Positions 29,801 to 43,963 of a stretch of DNA of 64,000 nt are shown piece after piece. The notes below the pieces were generated by a model that was given only the letters and a program-made list of their open reading frames with translations, was not told where the DNA came from and did no database searches. The translations under genes were made by a program, and so were the position numbers. Origin of the DNA: Raillietiella orientalis (Eukaryota); assembly GCA_036172245.1 (NCBI GenBank), contig JAYWIR010000045.1, forward strand, positions 62,001 through 126,000, given 5' to 3'. How positions within the stretch are numbered: the first letter of the stretch is position 1; every line of letters begins with the position of its first letter.

Positions 29801-32800
29801 TACGGAACAGCAGGCCCAAGCACTACTCGAAAGCTTTCTGAAGTCCCTGAGTTTCCAATTTGAACTGTGGAATCCAGGAGCAATTGTTTCCACATCCTGG
29901 GTTCGTTAAGGGAGTTTTGATTAATTCCCGTAGCTCTCCCTACAACGCGGGGGAATGTTCCGCGTTCTGCAAGCCCTACTGCTTATTTTTCCAATGGATA
30001 ATGTAATTATAAAAGATAGAAGATGTGTCTTGAACTGTTATAGCAGTAGAATATTTGTTATTTCATTTTAAACCAAAAAGAAGAAAAAATAAAAACTTGC
30101 TATTTAACTTAAAGTGAGAAAAAAAAATGTAATCTTTCAGAGTGTCTCTGATATTTAATCAATTCACACAATTCTATGGTATATATTCCATAAATAATTC
30201 CTTCAGCTCTACCACTGCTGAGAAATGCATCTTCGTGTGCTGGAAGTGGCTGAAGAAGAAGAAGAAGAAAAGGATTTGTTTATATCGTGGAAATAAGAAA
30301 ATTCAACCTACTTGAATAATATTTTCGTACTGTTTTCAAAAGCAGCTGTACTGACACCGTACCAAAAAGCTGAAATTCGCGGCATCGGAAACGCAGCTGA
30401 TCTACAAGGACTGTCGCAATTTTTCCGTCGCTCTACAGGAGTCCGCGTTATACGAGGGTGTACGGTGCTTCGAGTATGTTGTCCTGGAAACGATTTAGCA
30501 CGAAATGCACCGAGATTGAAAACAGAGAAAGCCAAAGAGAAGAAAAAGTCTGATGCAAGGAGTCACATGATGAACGAAATTATCCCTTTCTTCTCGTGAC
30601 ACATGCAAGAAATCCCCTCTGCTTATGAATTTTCAACGTTTATGCTTTCTGTCCTCTCAGAAGTCTTCCCCTTCAACGGTTGTGTTCTCCGTTTCTTCGG
30701 AACGACTTGCTTCGACCTCTGGCAATCTCGAGATCATGATCCTTCACCACAGAGAGAACCACATGGATGGTGATTGCTCTCGTGTCGGCTGTTTTCTCCC
30801 CGTTCTTGTCATGATAAATCTACAGAGATCACGTCCCAACCTTCCTAGTTCTGAAGCGAACTCTTTAATTAACTTCTGCCCAAAGGTCCCCAGAGACGTC
30901 GTAAGCATCCTGCATTCCAGCATTGGCTCGTTGTCCGGTCGTCTCAATGTGTCACGAGGAGGAGGGTTCGCTGGAGCGAGCGCGAATCGGTGGTGTCCAG
31001 CGAGAGAGTCGAACGGGAACATCGTGTCAGCATTCCAAGGGTCCGTGCAAGGAGGGCGCACGGCTTGTTTTTCAAAGTGAACGCGGCATCTGCAGCAGAG
31101 CAGACGAGTAAAACGCAAGCCTCCAGGATGGCCAGAGGGAATCGAGTTTCCCGAACGCGATCTCCGTCCGTCTCCGCTGCCCGCCTGATTTAATTGGAAG
31201 CTGCTTCTTGACAGTCGCATTTGTCGCCTGCAGAGCAAGTTAATTGATAGCGATTAAAGTGAGATGGCGACTGCAATCAAGGGAATCAAAGGGTTTCGAG
31301 TTCCTCCCCACTCGAGGGTCGTCGAAGGAGGTCCAAGGGATTTCCGCTCCCTTTCCTCGGGCGACAGCCATTCCGGGAAGCGACCCGTTCGGCAGCTCTC
31401 CGTTGTTGCGGGACGGCCGACTGCAGATGACTTGAGATGATGCGGCACCACCTTATCGTCCCGGGCTGTGCTCCCGCGCGGCTGTCCTCTCCGGCGGCCG
31501 GAGGGGAGCTGCAGTTCGGAGGGGTTGGGATGGGACTTGCCTTCCAGTCTAGATGTTTTGCTCTTTCCAAAGGCGACTTCCCATGCCTCAAGTCAAGAGA
31601 GTAGCGCCGTTTCACAGTAACCTTCTGTTTCGGCTGTTGCTCTTGGAAGGTGGTGATGGCGGACTGAGGTGATCCGAAGGCTTGGTGGAGTGATTGGGAA
31701 TTTTTAAGGTGGCGAGAGCTGATGGCAGCAGACCATTTTTATCGGGGGCCGGGAGAGGCGAACAGATGGGAAGTTGTTGAGGTTTGTTTTGTGACCCGGT
31801 CACGCCGATCAGTGCTCTGTCCTGCCCATCTACATTACCCCCGGACTGCCATTTGGTGCACTGGACCGTCTCCCGAAACGAAGAGCGTCGCGACGCCTCA
31901 GAGGGGAGGTTGCGGAAGAGTGGGGACCGTCCAATACTCCTACGTGCTCCTGGGATGCTGAAGGATGGGAGAGAATCACTAAAGCCCTCCAGGCCCCACA
32001 TGACCTGTTACGAGGAATTGACCTGCCCTCTACTTCTCTGGGCATACCAGTGACCTTCGCAGCTGACGATCCTCCTCCACGTGCGAGCAGTAGTGACCAC
32101 CAAGACGGAGGAAAGGAATGATCGTCATCTCAGAGAGCCGTTTCTAACAGTCAACTTCTACACGAGAAGAGCAATCAAATGGTCCAGTCTGGGATGTGAG
32201 GCACAAGGGAACATTCCAGCGATTGTGAACAGACTAGTCCGACACGGGTAAACGCACCCTCCCTCCTTTCCCTTCCTGACGCAAGACCTCGGAAATCGTG
32301 TTTCAGCACCGTGAGACAGGTCTCTTTATGTATTTATTGATCGACCCTTCTCCTTCTATCTCCACTCCATCCTAGTTCTATCTCCTTTGGTTTCGAGCGG
32401 GACCACGTCCGTCCTTTTCCAACTGTGCAAATTCTTGTTTCTTCCTGCGAAATAAATGTCCTCCCTCCTTCGTCCCAACGTGGGAATGAGAAGACACACC
32501 GGAAAGTTTGTTTCTTCATGCAGAGTGATATCACTTAAAACCGACCCGAAAGCCGGTACCGAGGTAGTTTCTTGTATCTGTTTCCTTCCCTGGTTTTCGA
32601 CACGAGGTCAGGTTTGTTCACACCCGGTCACGCCGTCGAGTACCTTGTAAAAATTATTTACAATTTTACAGTCGCGTTCCAAAAAACAAAATCAGAGTTT
32701 TTGGTTTCGCAGAGGGATTGTTACTCCCGTTGCCACCTTCAGAGTGCAGCAGGGGTCTCTCTGCTCTCAAGCAGTTTTTGGCTTCCTCCACAAGGTAAGC

Positions 32801-33008
32801 TGAGGGGTAGAAGAAAAAAAAAGAAAACGATGTTTTTTAAACTCTGGGGAGGAAGGAAGGAAGAATCACAGTAGAATCCCTTTTCCTCGTCTTAAGGATA
32901 CCGGTAAGTTCCTCCTTGTGTACCCTCTCGATTGACCACCTCGTTGAGATGCTGACGAAGGGAGGCGTAATGGGAATTGTGTCTATGTGTATGTTATAGG
33001 TCCTTTTG

Positions 33009-33157
33009 GCCCGCATTGGTGGCCGTGTGGCTGAGGTCTCAAGTAGGGCACCAAGCGTTGCGGGTTCGAATGGAGAATCGTGGAGAATCGATTCCAGAGA
33101 AATGGGTGCGTCGTGGGTTTCGAGTTCCCCCCGCAAGATGACGCTGGTTGGCCTGTA
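33009..33157 (+). mobile_element. tRNA-derived SINE head (diverged copy)
   Basis: GCCCGCATTGGTGGCCGTGTGGCTGAGG...GCGGGTTCGAAT...CGCTGGTTGGCC aligns by eye with the SINE heads at 36176 and 61698. Confidence 0.6.
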
Positions 33158-33174
33158 GGTTTCGAGTGTCACTG

Positions 33175-36100
33175 GTTGACACCCGGTCACTCCGGGGCAT
33201 TTATTCATAAAATAAACACACATATCGGTGGCAGAACGTTTGATCCTGCCACGTTACTTATGAATACGAAAAGGAACCTGCCAGGATCTGGCATGCAGAC
33301 CAGCAGAGTCGCTTCGACAGTACAGGGGAAGGAGTTGGGGAAGGGATCCCTGTGTGCTGGAGGGTGTCCTCTGCATCCTTGCATGGATTCTGGTAAGTTC
33401 AGGATTCCCAGATGGGACCATCTTAACACTGTCCCCATAAAGAGGACAGAAAAATAGATGGCGTCCCTGTGGTTCTGGCCTCCTCTGGCGTTGCTCAATG
33501 CAGCATGATCTTGAGTAGGCAGCAAAGTGCTGCTAGGGATGCGGCCGGCTTGAGGGCGTCGCTCAGGAACAGGCGCTTTACAACGTCTCTGGTGTTGCCC
33601 CCGGGACTCCAAGGGTCGCGGCAAAGCGTCCTCAAAAGGACCAGAGGGCAACACAGTCGATTAGGAGGTGCAGGAGGGATTCCTGCTCCCCATACTTTGC
33701 ACAGTTTGGATCCCCCCCCCGTATCCAATGATGCCAGCGGGCGTTGCACTGCATTGCATTGATGCTGCAGTGCAAAGCCAGAATCAATACCAACTCCTGC
33801 TACTTTAAGGGGAGGGTGCAGGTGTTCATGAGCACTGAAGGTCTTCCTCCGGAATACCCAGTAGCAAACCCCAGTGCAAAAAGTTCATGAAATTGAGCAC
33901 TCGGGGTCGCAGCGTCGGTAAGATCGTCCGTCGTCCACTCGCCTAGTCCTCTTTTCCTTCGCTAGATTTTCACAGTAACTTCCCATCTAGCCGTAAGGCT
34001 GCTGCCCATGTGTTCCCTAAGGGAGGGCAGAGCGGCAGCGAGGGAGGTTTTGCTTGACCACGCACTCGTCGCGGGATCTTCCAGGATCTCTCTGAGGGTG
34101 CAGTTATTGCGCACTTACAGGAAACGCCGCACCTGTTCCGCGCCTGACTCCTGGATCCTCGCACGCGCGAACGGTTTCTTGCAGCCAGGCACTACCATTC
34201 GCAGAGAGAACGGCACGAGATCCATCCCTTTTTCCTTGCCAGCGTGGCCACCTGCCGCAAGTGCAGTCCGCAGTGGCTGAGACTGCGTGGAGGGCACGTA
34301 AAGAGGATGCAAGTCTCATGTTGCCGGTGGCTTGCTGGATGAGAAGGCGCGCAGGTTGGCACCAGGTGGTGCTCCAGAGGTTTGCCACAAGGGCAAGTGG
34401 TCGAAATTGGAGCTGCAGCTCCATTCGCTCCAGCGTCAGGAGGCCTGCGCCTTTCCGAAATGCGCGAGCCTCGGGGAGGAGGCATAAACTTCCGACGCAC
34501 CTCCCCCGGATTGCGGTGGCCTTCGAAACGCCTCGCGGCTGCCCTGCTCTGACCCGAAGACACTCCCGAAGAGCTGCCGTGGCGCTGCTTCACACGGGAC
34601 GAGCTGCCTCCCTCCTCCAAGATCGCTCCATCCCTTATTGCCTCAGGGGGATCGTGACGTTCCGCAGTACCGAGGAGACATCACGATCGTCTGCAAGGAA
34701 GAAGGACCACTCACCTCAGTTCCTCAATACGAGGAGTGGTTCTCCCTGTCTGAGACATGAAGGCCCGGACTAACTGAGCGATAGTGGAGCTGGTGTGAGT
34801 TGCGAGGGACGACCCCACGTGGCAACTGCAACGCTGAGTCCCTGCCTCTTTAGTGGAGCCCTCCGTGAAAACCGTGGGGATCTTCTACGCTTTCCAAGAA
34901 ATCCGCCCAGAGAAGAATCCTTTGAGGTGGGCAGCAGAGGGCGAAGCGTCGTTGAATCGACGTGCTGCCGGGGGCATCCCAGGAGTTCTCTTTTCCTTCA
35001 GTTTCGTAGGTGAGTCCCCCCATGTTACTGGTTGGCAGCTCCATTGTCCTTCCTTAGGGGAGGCAGAGCTGCGACAAGGAAGGGCCTCCAGCCCGCCTGC
35101 CTCTTCCTGGGGTTACTGATGGTTTGCTGCAACGAGCAGCGGACGTCACCAGAGATTGCTCCCTGCAATCATCTTATGAGTTCCCCCTTCTCTCACGTTT
35201 GAACTGCCTCCTGTAACCGGGAGCTGCAGCTCTTGGGGGAGGCGGCGGAGATCCGAGAGTTCACCTTGCTCATCAGGGTGACCATCTGCCAAAGCTGATG
35301 CTCTCAACGGACCAAGCTTCAGTGGCTGCACATGTGGGAAGATCCTTGGCAGCTTGCCACTCTCCTGGAGAGAAGACGGCTGTGACGCACCGGTGGGTGC
35401 AGGTGCTGGACAACCAAGAGCTTGACCACCCATGCTTGGATGCTAGGCTTCAGTGTTTTGAATTGGAGCCGCAGGTCCGCCGCTCCAGTTTCCGGAACCC
35501 AAGTCCTCAATCCCAACGCGCTTCCACCAAATAGAGTGGTACCTCGGTACTCGTCGGCTGACTTGGATACCTGTTATTCTTCAAGATAGGGGGCACCCTG
35601 GAAGGAGGTCCGCCCTATGAATCCAGGAAAGGTTCAAAGTCCGTTCCTCTCACGCTTGGGGAAGGAGGATCGCACCTCCCCCACCCTGGTTCCGAAGGGA
35701 CGCTTCCGAAATTCAGAAGGGACGCTACAGCTTCCCGCAGGGGGATCACTCTCGCTTGCTTCCTTGCACTCTTCTGGAGAGGCGGCGACTCGGAGGATCC
35801 CCCTTGCAACAGGGGGGGTCCGCTTCTTTAAACAACTGGAGAGTTGCCCATGAAGGCTCCTGCTCCATCTTGAAACCGGAGGAGTCCCCCGGTGGGGGGG
35901 TCCGCTCTTCGTTGCACGACAGGAGGGGGAACTCCCCACTCCTTGATTCCTGGGAGGACCCAAAGGTCGACTCCCATTGTTCCGGCCTTCATCGGGGGCC
36001 TCCGGTTTAATCCACCGCCGGTGCCACGCCCGAATGTCTCGGCCAACCAGCGCCATTGCAGGAGAAACTCGGAACCCAAACGACGCAATGGCGTCAAGTT

Positions 36101-37100
36101 ATCTGCCGAAGTATTCGAACCCGCGACGCATGGTGCCACACGCGGAAGCCTTAACCACAAAGCCTCCGACGCGGGCAATCCGGAACTCGTGATGAGTGCG
36201 GAAATCGACGAGTACCGAACAAGTTCCTTTCTAGGCTTCGTGATACGATTTTTGGCCATTTGAGGACCGCACGATTAACGCTTAGAACGATTCGGGAGTC
36301 ACTCTGTGGAAGCGTTCTGTTCGCGAGCTACCATGAGACGAAAGCGTTCACTCGTTTCATCATGAGAGTGGAGTGTCGAGATCCGAGCATGCACCCAGTG
36401 TCGCAACATTTTGTTTCTAGTCAAAATGAGGCGATTACGGAGATGTCACTGTATTTGGGTAACATTGGGACATTTTTGTACCCCACCGGACTTTCCTCTT
36501 GACGTCCGCCGTTTCTTTCTCCACAGTTTTGAGGATGGGAAACCAAGAGGCGGAGGTGAGGATGGTCCCGAAGGGTTCCACACCGCGGCCCGTTAACCCG
36601 CAAGCGAAACTTGCTTTCCAGGAACAGGCCAAGCCCCGACTCTGCCTTTTGGAGGCAGCCGGCCTAAACTTCTGCTAAGCATAATTCCCCCTTCCAGCGG
36701 AACGCCAAGGTACTTAAGGCGCCTTCCCGTGTAGGCACCCAAGCAAATCCAGTACGGTCGTCTAGCCCACGCCTCTCACGGCCACTCACGCCTTCGCTTT
36801 GTAGACGAAGCCACCCGCTCCCGGACGTATCGGCTACTTGAAGGATTCCTCGGGAGATTCGCTGAGAGATGCTGCCGCGCGGTCGATGTCGCCGGGGTGG
36901 ATGGCCGCGGTCAGCAAGAACGGAAGACCGTCGGCTAGGCCGGCACGGCAGGCGGTGTGCCAAGGCACGAACTGGACAAGGTCGACAGAAGCTTGCTCGC
37001 CTCAGCACCAGCTCGAGGTCGGTGCTGAAGAGCACTGAGGCTACCTCCCAGCCGTGTGCCCCGCCTCATCGGCACCCCGCTAACGTGCTGACAGTCGCTT
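33175..37100 (-). mobile_element. Long decayed L1/Tx1-like LINE (ORF2 remnants), interrupted by a SINE
   Basis: Degenerate RT-like motifs in the expected order (GWRP ~35090, DF.KA ~34890, LADD ~34690), zinc finger DPNCAK.G at ~33700, and the family 3' tail at 33175-33350. The 5' limit is uncertain. Confidence 0.6.
35576..36176 (-). mobile_element. tRNA-derived SINE, ~600 bp
   Basis: Head GCCCGCGTCGGAGGCTTTGTGGTTAAGGC (A-box-like) ... GGGTTCGAATAC (B-box-like). Homologous along its length to 60934-61698. Ends TGAAGAATAACA. Confidence 0.75.
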
Positions 37101-37191
37101 CAATTCTCGCATCACGCCAAATGGTGTGCCAGGAAGAAGAAGAGCGGCATAGACCACGAGCTCCAGCAGGAGCTGAAGGACGGTTAGCTTG

Positions 37192-38757
37192 GTTTATCAC
37201 CCGGTCACGCCATGACGTTTATTATAAAAAATCAATATACATGTCTAGGACAATCATGCCTATATCGTCCGAAAATGCACGGAATCTGCTGAGTAACCGA
37301 CACGCAGGCCGGCGAGGTTCGCCTCGGTATCGGAGGGGGAAGGGGAAGGGAGGGCAAACAAAAATAAAAATAAAACAAAAAAATATCTACAAAAAATTGG
37401 GAGGGTTCGGGAAGTAATCACCGGGAGCTAGAAGGTGTCCGCTGAATCCTCTCCAGAATCCAGCAGGTCCCTTCTGAGTATGCCCCAGATGGGGCCATCT
37501 TGCTGCCGTCCACAGGAAGTGTTGGTGTCCCTATCGTGCTGTCCTCCTTTCGCGTATCTCCAGATCGCCACAATCCCTCTTAGGCCGTTCCTCGACACGG
37601 TTCTACGCCACCCGAGGGTGGATAATTCTTCAAAATAGGTGTTACTCCGGGAGGGCTCCATCCTATGGATCCAGGAAGGTCTCGGATCCCGTTCCTCTCA
37701 CGCCTGGAGAGGGATTCCTGGAAACGGAATCACCTCCACCCTGGTTGTCTCCGAAAGGGAATCCAGAAGGATCGAGAAGGCAGCAAAGAGCTGCTAGGGA
37801 TGCGACAGACGAAAGGGCATTGAGCACGAAGAGGAGCTTGAAAACGTCTCTGGGTTGGCCCGTTTGTGCACCTAGGGCCGTTGCGTAACGCAACCAGAAT
37901 GACCGGAGGGTAGCACGGTCTACAAGCAGATGCGAGAGAGATTCCCGTTCCCCGCATCTGCAACAGTTGAGGTCCACAGCCCCCCAGGTCCAGTGAGACC
38001 GGCGGGCGTTGCACAGGGGACCGCAGTACAACAGCAGAAGTGCTGACTCCTTCCACTTGAGGGGGAGGACCTGATTGCTCTTCAGCAACTGGGGGCCACT
38101 CGATGTCTTTCTGTGAGATTTCCAGCAGCTCACCCCAGCGCAATAGTCTTTTCGGTGGGGCACTTCGGTTCGCAACGTCCGTGAACCTGTCCATGGTTCA
38201 ATCATCTAAGCTCTTCGTGTTCTGACTGATTTCGCAACCGACCTCTCATTTGGCCGGCTGGTTACTGACCAGGTGCTCCCTGAGGGTAGGCAGTGCCGTG
38301 GTCGGAGAGGTTCTTTGCGTCCACGCACACTGGTGGGCTGCATGATGACGTCCTTCAGCGAGCAGTTGTAGAAGGAGTGCAGCAGTCGCTGCCTCATCTC
38401 CAGGTTCTCTTCGTTAATCTTGACCCACGTGCGAACGGTTTCCTGCACCCAGGCACTACCGTTCGCGAGCCGGCAGAAGATGCGGTTGTTGGTCCTGGTC
38501 AGCGTGGCCACTCTCTGGAGCTCCAGTCTGCAGCTGGACACGTTGCATCTGCGCCGCCGCGCCAGGAACGAAGACAGTACCGCGTAGCCGGCGGCTGGCT
38601 CGACCAGGTATCTTGCAGACTCGCACCGATTCGTGCTCCTAAGCTACGCCAATAGGGTAAGCGTTCTCCACTGGAGCTGCTGCTCCAGGCGTTCCAACGT
38701 AGGAGGCCGAGGCCTCCGACGCGACGCGGAGCGCACAAGTCCTTCAGGCGGACTCGG
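37192..38757 (-). mobile_element. 5'-truncated L1/Tx1-like LINE with ~10-bp TSD
   Basis: PRRVGGLGL (post-RT motif), LPLKWKE...CCRCGERESLSHLLVD and the family 3' tail. TSD GGTTAGCTTG (37182-37191) / GGTTAGTTTG (38758-38767). Confidence 0.75.
37623..37770 (-). mobile_element. 5'-truncated copy of the SINE inserted in a LINE
   Basis: TAATTCTTCAAAATAGG...CCTATGGATCCAGGAAGG...CCGTTCCTCTCA matches the SINE 3' part at 35576-35700 and 60950-61100. Interrupts the LINE frame after LAALCCLL. Confidence 0.7.
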
Positions 38758-39119
38758 GGTTAGTTTGAAGTGCTCCACCCCACGTAAATCAATAAACATT
38801 CGGGCTATGCACACGCAGCGAATTCGGCAATGGATTTCGCCCATCGACAGGAGCTCGTGCAAGAAAAGACCAGAAAACGGGTGTAGCAAATCGAGGGGGA
38901 GGATAAGGAAGTAAATAAAATGGAATAAAAAAAAAATAATGGCCTAAAGTGTATTTATAAATGGAACAGAGGGAAGTCAAGAATTATCAGGTAAGGGACC
39001 AGTGCCACCACGATTCAGGGAAGAAGGCAATCGGCCGACTGTCCGGCAGGCCGCAGTCCAGGTGTAATCCTCCTTGAGTCCTGGGATGACATGAGGCCAT
39101 CTTTTCTCTCCCCTCGTCG

Positions 39120-39430
39120 ATAGCAGCAGAAGGGCTGACCCGCGTGTGTGCACGCAGGAGGAGGGCGCGTGAGAGGGATGGGCACGCGATCTTCCACGGG
39201 GCGATGGTAGCCAGCCTGTTCCTAAGGAGCAGACCCAGACCCATTGGAAGGTGCCAGGCTGTGCCTCACCATCGTCTCCTCTTCCCTTCCTCCTCTTCCT
39301 CCCTTCTTTCTCCTCCACTTCTCCTCTCCCCTCTTCACCACTTCTTTTCCCTCCTCCTCCTCTTCCTCCTTCTTCTCATTCTGCCTCCTACGCCATCCTT
39401 CCCTCTTCCGGGGGTCGCATCCGGTTGGGA
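39120..39430. repeat. Dispersed repeat, homologous to 49230-49560 (possibly an ORF1-region remnant)
   Basis: Shared blocks in the same order and orientation: CCGCGTGT.TGCACGCAGGA, GAGAGGGATGGGCACGCGAT, GGAAG.TGCCA, GGTCGCAT. Confidence 0.6.
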
Positions 39431-42267
39431 TCAAGGAGGAGTGGGAAGAGAAAAGAGTAACGCTTGGCAATGTGGGTTTTAGGCACCGAGAGCAGTGCGA
39501 TCGAGGTGGTTGCCAGGTGAATGACGAGCGGTTCCAAGGGCATTCGTTCTGAATGAACTTCTGGAGGATCGAGGGGAGGAAGGGGATTCCTGCCGAGTTG
39601 AAAATTGAGAGAAAGGGAATGAGGAATCAGAATGGGGAGGAATGGGAGTGGGGCGAGTGCGGTGTCGCGTGATGCGGTGGGTGGGCTTGTTTGTTTCCGC
39701 GGGGGTGAAGGTCCGCGTGGGGGGAGAGTTGAGTCCAGCGGTCCATGAGAGGATGGCTTCTCTGGGTGTGGAGCGGCGGCTCTTCGCGCTGGATAGGAGG
39801 CCGAGGAAAGCTATGGTTCATCGGATGGGGAGGGAAGCACGGCTATTCCCAGTGAAAGGATTGCTGGAGTGGGGATGGAAATGATGGAGGAGGAGATCGG
39901 AGAAATAATGAGTAGGGACGTTAGCTCCCGCTGGGTAATTACGAGTGCTTGCGAGAAGTTATTAGTGGGGCTAATCTGTGACAAAATAGAAATGACTGTT
40001 GACTTGAAGGTCAGCATTAGTCTAATCGGGTGGGGCGTAGCTGTCAGGTCATAGAAATTCGAAAATCGAAGATTTGAGATGTCTCTGGGGATACCGAAGG
40101 GCTGCTACAGCCGGCATCCGAGGACCTCGGTGCGCCCTCTGCCATCTTTTTCGTCCCGCGATCCTTTCGCAAGAGCGACGTGCTGCCGCGGGCACGTGGA
40201 GGAGGAAATCGGAGGCGAGAGGGGAGGGGAAGGAGTCTCCTCTTTGGTTTCTACTGGAAGAGGAATGGAAATGGGAAGAGGGCTGCCTTAGGCGAGTTTC
40301 CACTCGACCGCTGCTTTCGAGCACGCGCTTCGCTCTCTCTCGTCCTGGACACGGGAGGCGGCGGCCGTTCCCATAGAAATCCGATTTCCGTCTACTGCCG
40401 AAAGGGTCCAATTTTTTCCTCATCGCATTCGATCCCCCGAACGGTACTCGTCCCTTTTCATCTCAGTTCCTCTTCCTCCTATAATGTGACCCTATCCGGG
40501 GTTCTTTTCTTCGCAGGAGGAATCCCTTTTGTTCCTCTCGAATCAGTCTCCGTGCACTTGAGAACATCCATTTTTTATCCGCTCCGTTCCTCTCCGAGTT
40601 CCTCGAGCTACCTCTTTTATTCCCACTGCGAAAACTCCTCCGAGCTCCTCACGTGCGCGGTTTCCTTCACTCCCGCCTCCCCTCCCGGCTCGGGGAGCAA
40701 GGCCCACGAGAGGGACGGCGGCTGGCTCTCGGCCGGAGGTTCGCACGGCTCCCGCAACGAGGCGCGCCAACTCCCCGGCAGAAAAGATGGCTTCTGCGTT
40801 CCGGTTTCGGGCCAGGGACGCAAGGTGGAGCCTTTTCCCGGCTCCCTGACGGTTCCCTGGGTCATCAGGGGCGGTTGCGAGGGGAGAGGGACGAAACATC
40901 CCCACCTCCCTCGGTCTCCGCTCCCGAGGTCCGCCTGCCCGCCCCAAGTTCCGGAAGAGCCAGGAGTTTCTTTTCGTCTCCCCCATGGGGGTATCGGAGT
41001 GATCCTCCTTTCCCCCTCCCTGGTTTCCCCGGGAGACCGCTCCGCCCGCTCTCCAAAGACGCTCGAGCTCGGATACGGTTTCCCCGGCAAGCCGCGAAGG
41101 TCGGCGGCTCTCGGGATGCCTTCGGCGTCTCTCCAGCCGGTGCGCCGAAGAGAAAAAAAGGAGGAAGTCCTCGATCCCGTGGGTTCATCTCCGCGTTCTT
41201 CCCGATGCCTCAAGGATGACGCGGACGGCGGCAGGAGGTAGCCTCCCCCCTGTAGGAGGGAAGGTTCGCGTGCTCTCCGTCTCCCGGGCGCTCGCGTGAG
41301 GACGGAGGGAGCGGAGCGTTCAACCCTGCGAAAGCGGCCGCTTCACCTCTGACTGCCCCTCCGGATCAGGCAGTCCGCTCGTTCACTTCCCTCCTCCTCC
41401 CTTCGATCGCTTCAGGTTCACGCAACTCGATCGGACGGGTTCCCGCTGGGAATTGGCGGGCGATTGGGAAGGGGGGGAGTAGTCGATCTCCCGCTTGCCT
41501 GTGTGTGAACTGCACCTACGACCCCCATCCCTTCCCCGAGGTGACTAGCAATGAGAGGATCGCGCGGCTGGAGGCGACAATGGCACGGAGCCTTCTTCGG
41601 GTGGCTACGAAGCAGCTCGAAAGTTCCGAGGAGCTTCAAGAAGGGATGCGCCAAAGGTCAAGAGGCAGCGACGACTCAGAGCACGCGCGCTCGCGCAGGG
41701 GACGAGCAAAGGGGGCCTGAAATCCAAGGTAACCGGAGAAAAGAAGGGGGAGCGAGGCGGCGCTTCGATTAGAATTACCCTTTTTCCTGTTTTTTTATCC
41801 TCCTCCCTCTTCGGATGCTCAGATTCCTTGGAGGTGGCTGCAAGGCATCAGCGTCGGGGGAGCTGCGAGGCAATTCGCGCGCTCCTTAACAAAAGAGGTC
41901 GTAATGCGCCACCGACCTTCCGTCCCAAGTGGAGTGGATTCACAACGGGAGTCGAAACCACGCTCCCGGGTATGAGCGCGTTCTGTCTCTGACGACACAG
42001 AACGGGCGGAGCACTTAGCGATGGTAACCATGGCGGCGAGAGGGCCGATCGTGGTGGGAGGATTCTTTCAGCCACCTTCCCCGTCTGTGATCCGGTCCGC
42101 TGTCCGCTTCCTTGATCCGGTGCAGAGAGACGATGGGGACACTGGTCATTTTCTCCCTTTTCCCTCCTCCCTTCGTCCCCTCCCTCCGAGTGGGTGGATT
42201 CGCGCGGCAGGAGCGGTGTCCTCCACAGTCTTCGCTTCTCGCGCTGCCCTACTCCTGACGAGCAGTG

Positions 42268-43963
42268 GGGCAGCGGGCCTGTCGAAATCTCCGGTATGAG
42301 AAATAAACTAGGCGAGTGGGTAACGGGCCAGCTCACCGACGCTGCGACTCCGGATGCCCTCCCTCGAGGACTGTTGCTCTCCGAGAGATCCTGGAAAATC
42401 CGGAAAAAAGCGCGTGGGCAGGAAGAACTTCCCTGTTTGCAGCGCTGCAGCTCACCGATGCTGCGATCCCGAGTACACCACGCAGTGAACTCTTACTCTG
42501 GGGCGAGCTGCTGAATGTTCCGTTGGAACATCTGAAGTGGCTCCCAGGTGCTCGTATACACCCGCATCCTCCCCTAGAAATGGCAGTGGACGCCGTTGGT
42601 GCTGCACTGGGGTCTCCCGTGCAGTGCTGCCGTCATCACTGGACGCGTGAGTGTGTGGATCCGAATTGTGTCAGATGCGAGGAGGGTGAATCCCTCTCCC
42701 ACCTGTTAGTGGACTGTTGTGCCCTTCGGCTTCTTTAGGCCGCTTTGCCGCGATCCTTGGAGCCCCGGCAAGCGACGCCGGAGACATCTTAAAGCGCTCT
42801 TTCTGCGAGACGCCTTCAGTCGGCCACATCCCTAGCAGCACTTTGCTGTCTACGTGAGATCGTGGCTGCATAGAACAAGGCAACAAGGGGACCCAGCGAT
42901 AGGTGCCATCTATTTCGCTGTTCGCTTCATGATATGGCAACGCAATGGCCCCACCTTGCCGGCATCCTACAGAGAATGAACAGGACTGTCACCAGCAGAA
43001 CGTGATCCCTTCCCTTACCATCCAAAGTGTATTTACTTTTATTTTTTTTTCTTTTTGTTTGCCCCCTCCCCTCTGCTGCCGTGGTACACTGCGCCGGTCT
43101 GCGAATCTGTGACCCGGCAGGTCTTTATGAAATCGTGCGTGATTGGACCTGCGGTCCAACCACAGTTTTCATGAAATGTTTATTTTTGAATAAACGTCCC
43201 AGCGCACCCGGATGAGAATCGAGGACTTTGCTCTGGGGCATCCTACTGGGTACTCCGGTGGAAGATCTACAGTAGCACCCAGTACTTATGAACACTCGCA
43301 CTCTCCCCTTGAAGTGGCAGGAGTCTGCGTTGATGCTGCTGCACTGTGGCCTTCCGTGCAACGCTCGCCGGCATCACCGGACACGGAGATGTGCGGACCC
43401 AAACTGTGCAAGGTGTGGGGAGCGGGAATCCCTCCCGCGTCTCCAAATGGACTGTGTTGCCCTCCGACCCCATTGGGGACGTTTTGCCACGACCGTTGAA
43501 ACGGCAGAGGAGTGATGCGGCTCCTCTTTGTGCGGGACGCCCTGCAACCAGCCGCAGCCCTTTGCAGCTCTTGGCTGCCTTCGTGAAATCGTGGCGGCGT
43601 GGAGCGAAGCCAACGGCAGGGACGCCACCCACTTCGCTTTCTGCTTTCTGAGGATAGCGATCAGATGGCTCTACCTGCACATCTCCATGAAACAAGACCT
43701 TGCCAGCATCTTCCAAAGGATGCAGAGGACCGCCCGCAGCAGGCTGTGATCCCTTCCCGTAGCCCCCTCAAATCGTTTTCTTTTTCTTTTGTTTGTTTGT
43801 TCGGCCCCTGCCCTCTGCTGCCGTGGCGGACCTCACCGGTCTGCAAACCGGTGACACGGCAGGGTATCTACAGAAAGGACGTGGTTGGACCAGTGATCCA
43901 AGCACAAAAATTGTAAATGTTCATTTTATTTTTGAACAAACGCCCGGTGAACCCGGATGAAAA
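42268..43963 (+). mobile_element. 5'-truncated LINE (copy C) containing a nested same-family insertion
   Basis: TSD ACTCCTGACGA at 42251-42261 and 43963-43973. LPLKWQE...CARCGERESLPRLQMDC. Family 3' tail. Confidence 0.75.
42381..43218 (+). mobile_element. 5'-truncated LINE (copy B) inserted into copy C
   Basis: TSD TCGAGGACTGTTGCTCT (42364-42380) / TCGAGGACTTTGCTCT (43219-43234). CVRCEEGESLSHLLVDC finger. Ends ...CACCCGGATGAGAA. Confidence 0.8.

Noticed and set aside
36090..36176. Functional tRNA gene
   Set aside because: A/B-box-like motifs are present, but there is no convincing acceptor or T stem and the sequence continues into a repeated body, so it is a SINE head.
41935..42037. Second tRNA-like SINE head on the minus strand
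   Set aside because: Only a B-box-like GGTTTCGACTCC, with no second copy in the window.
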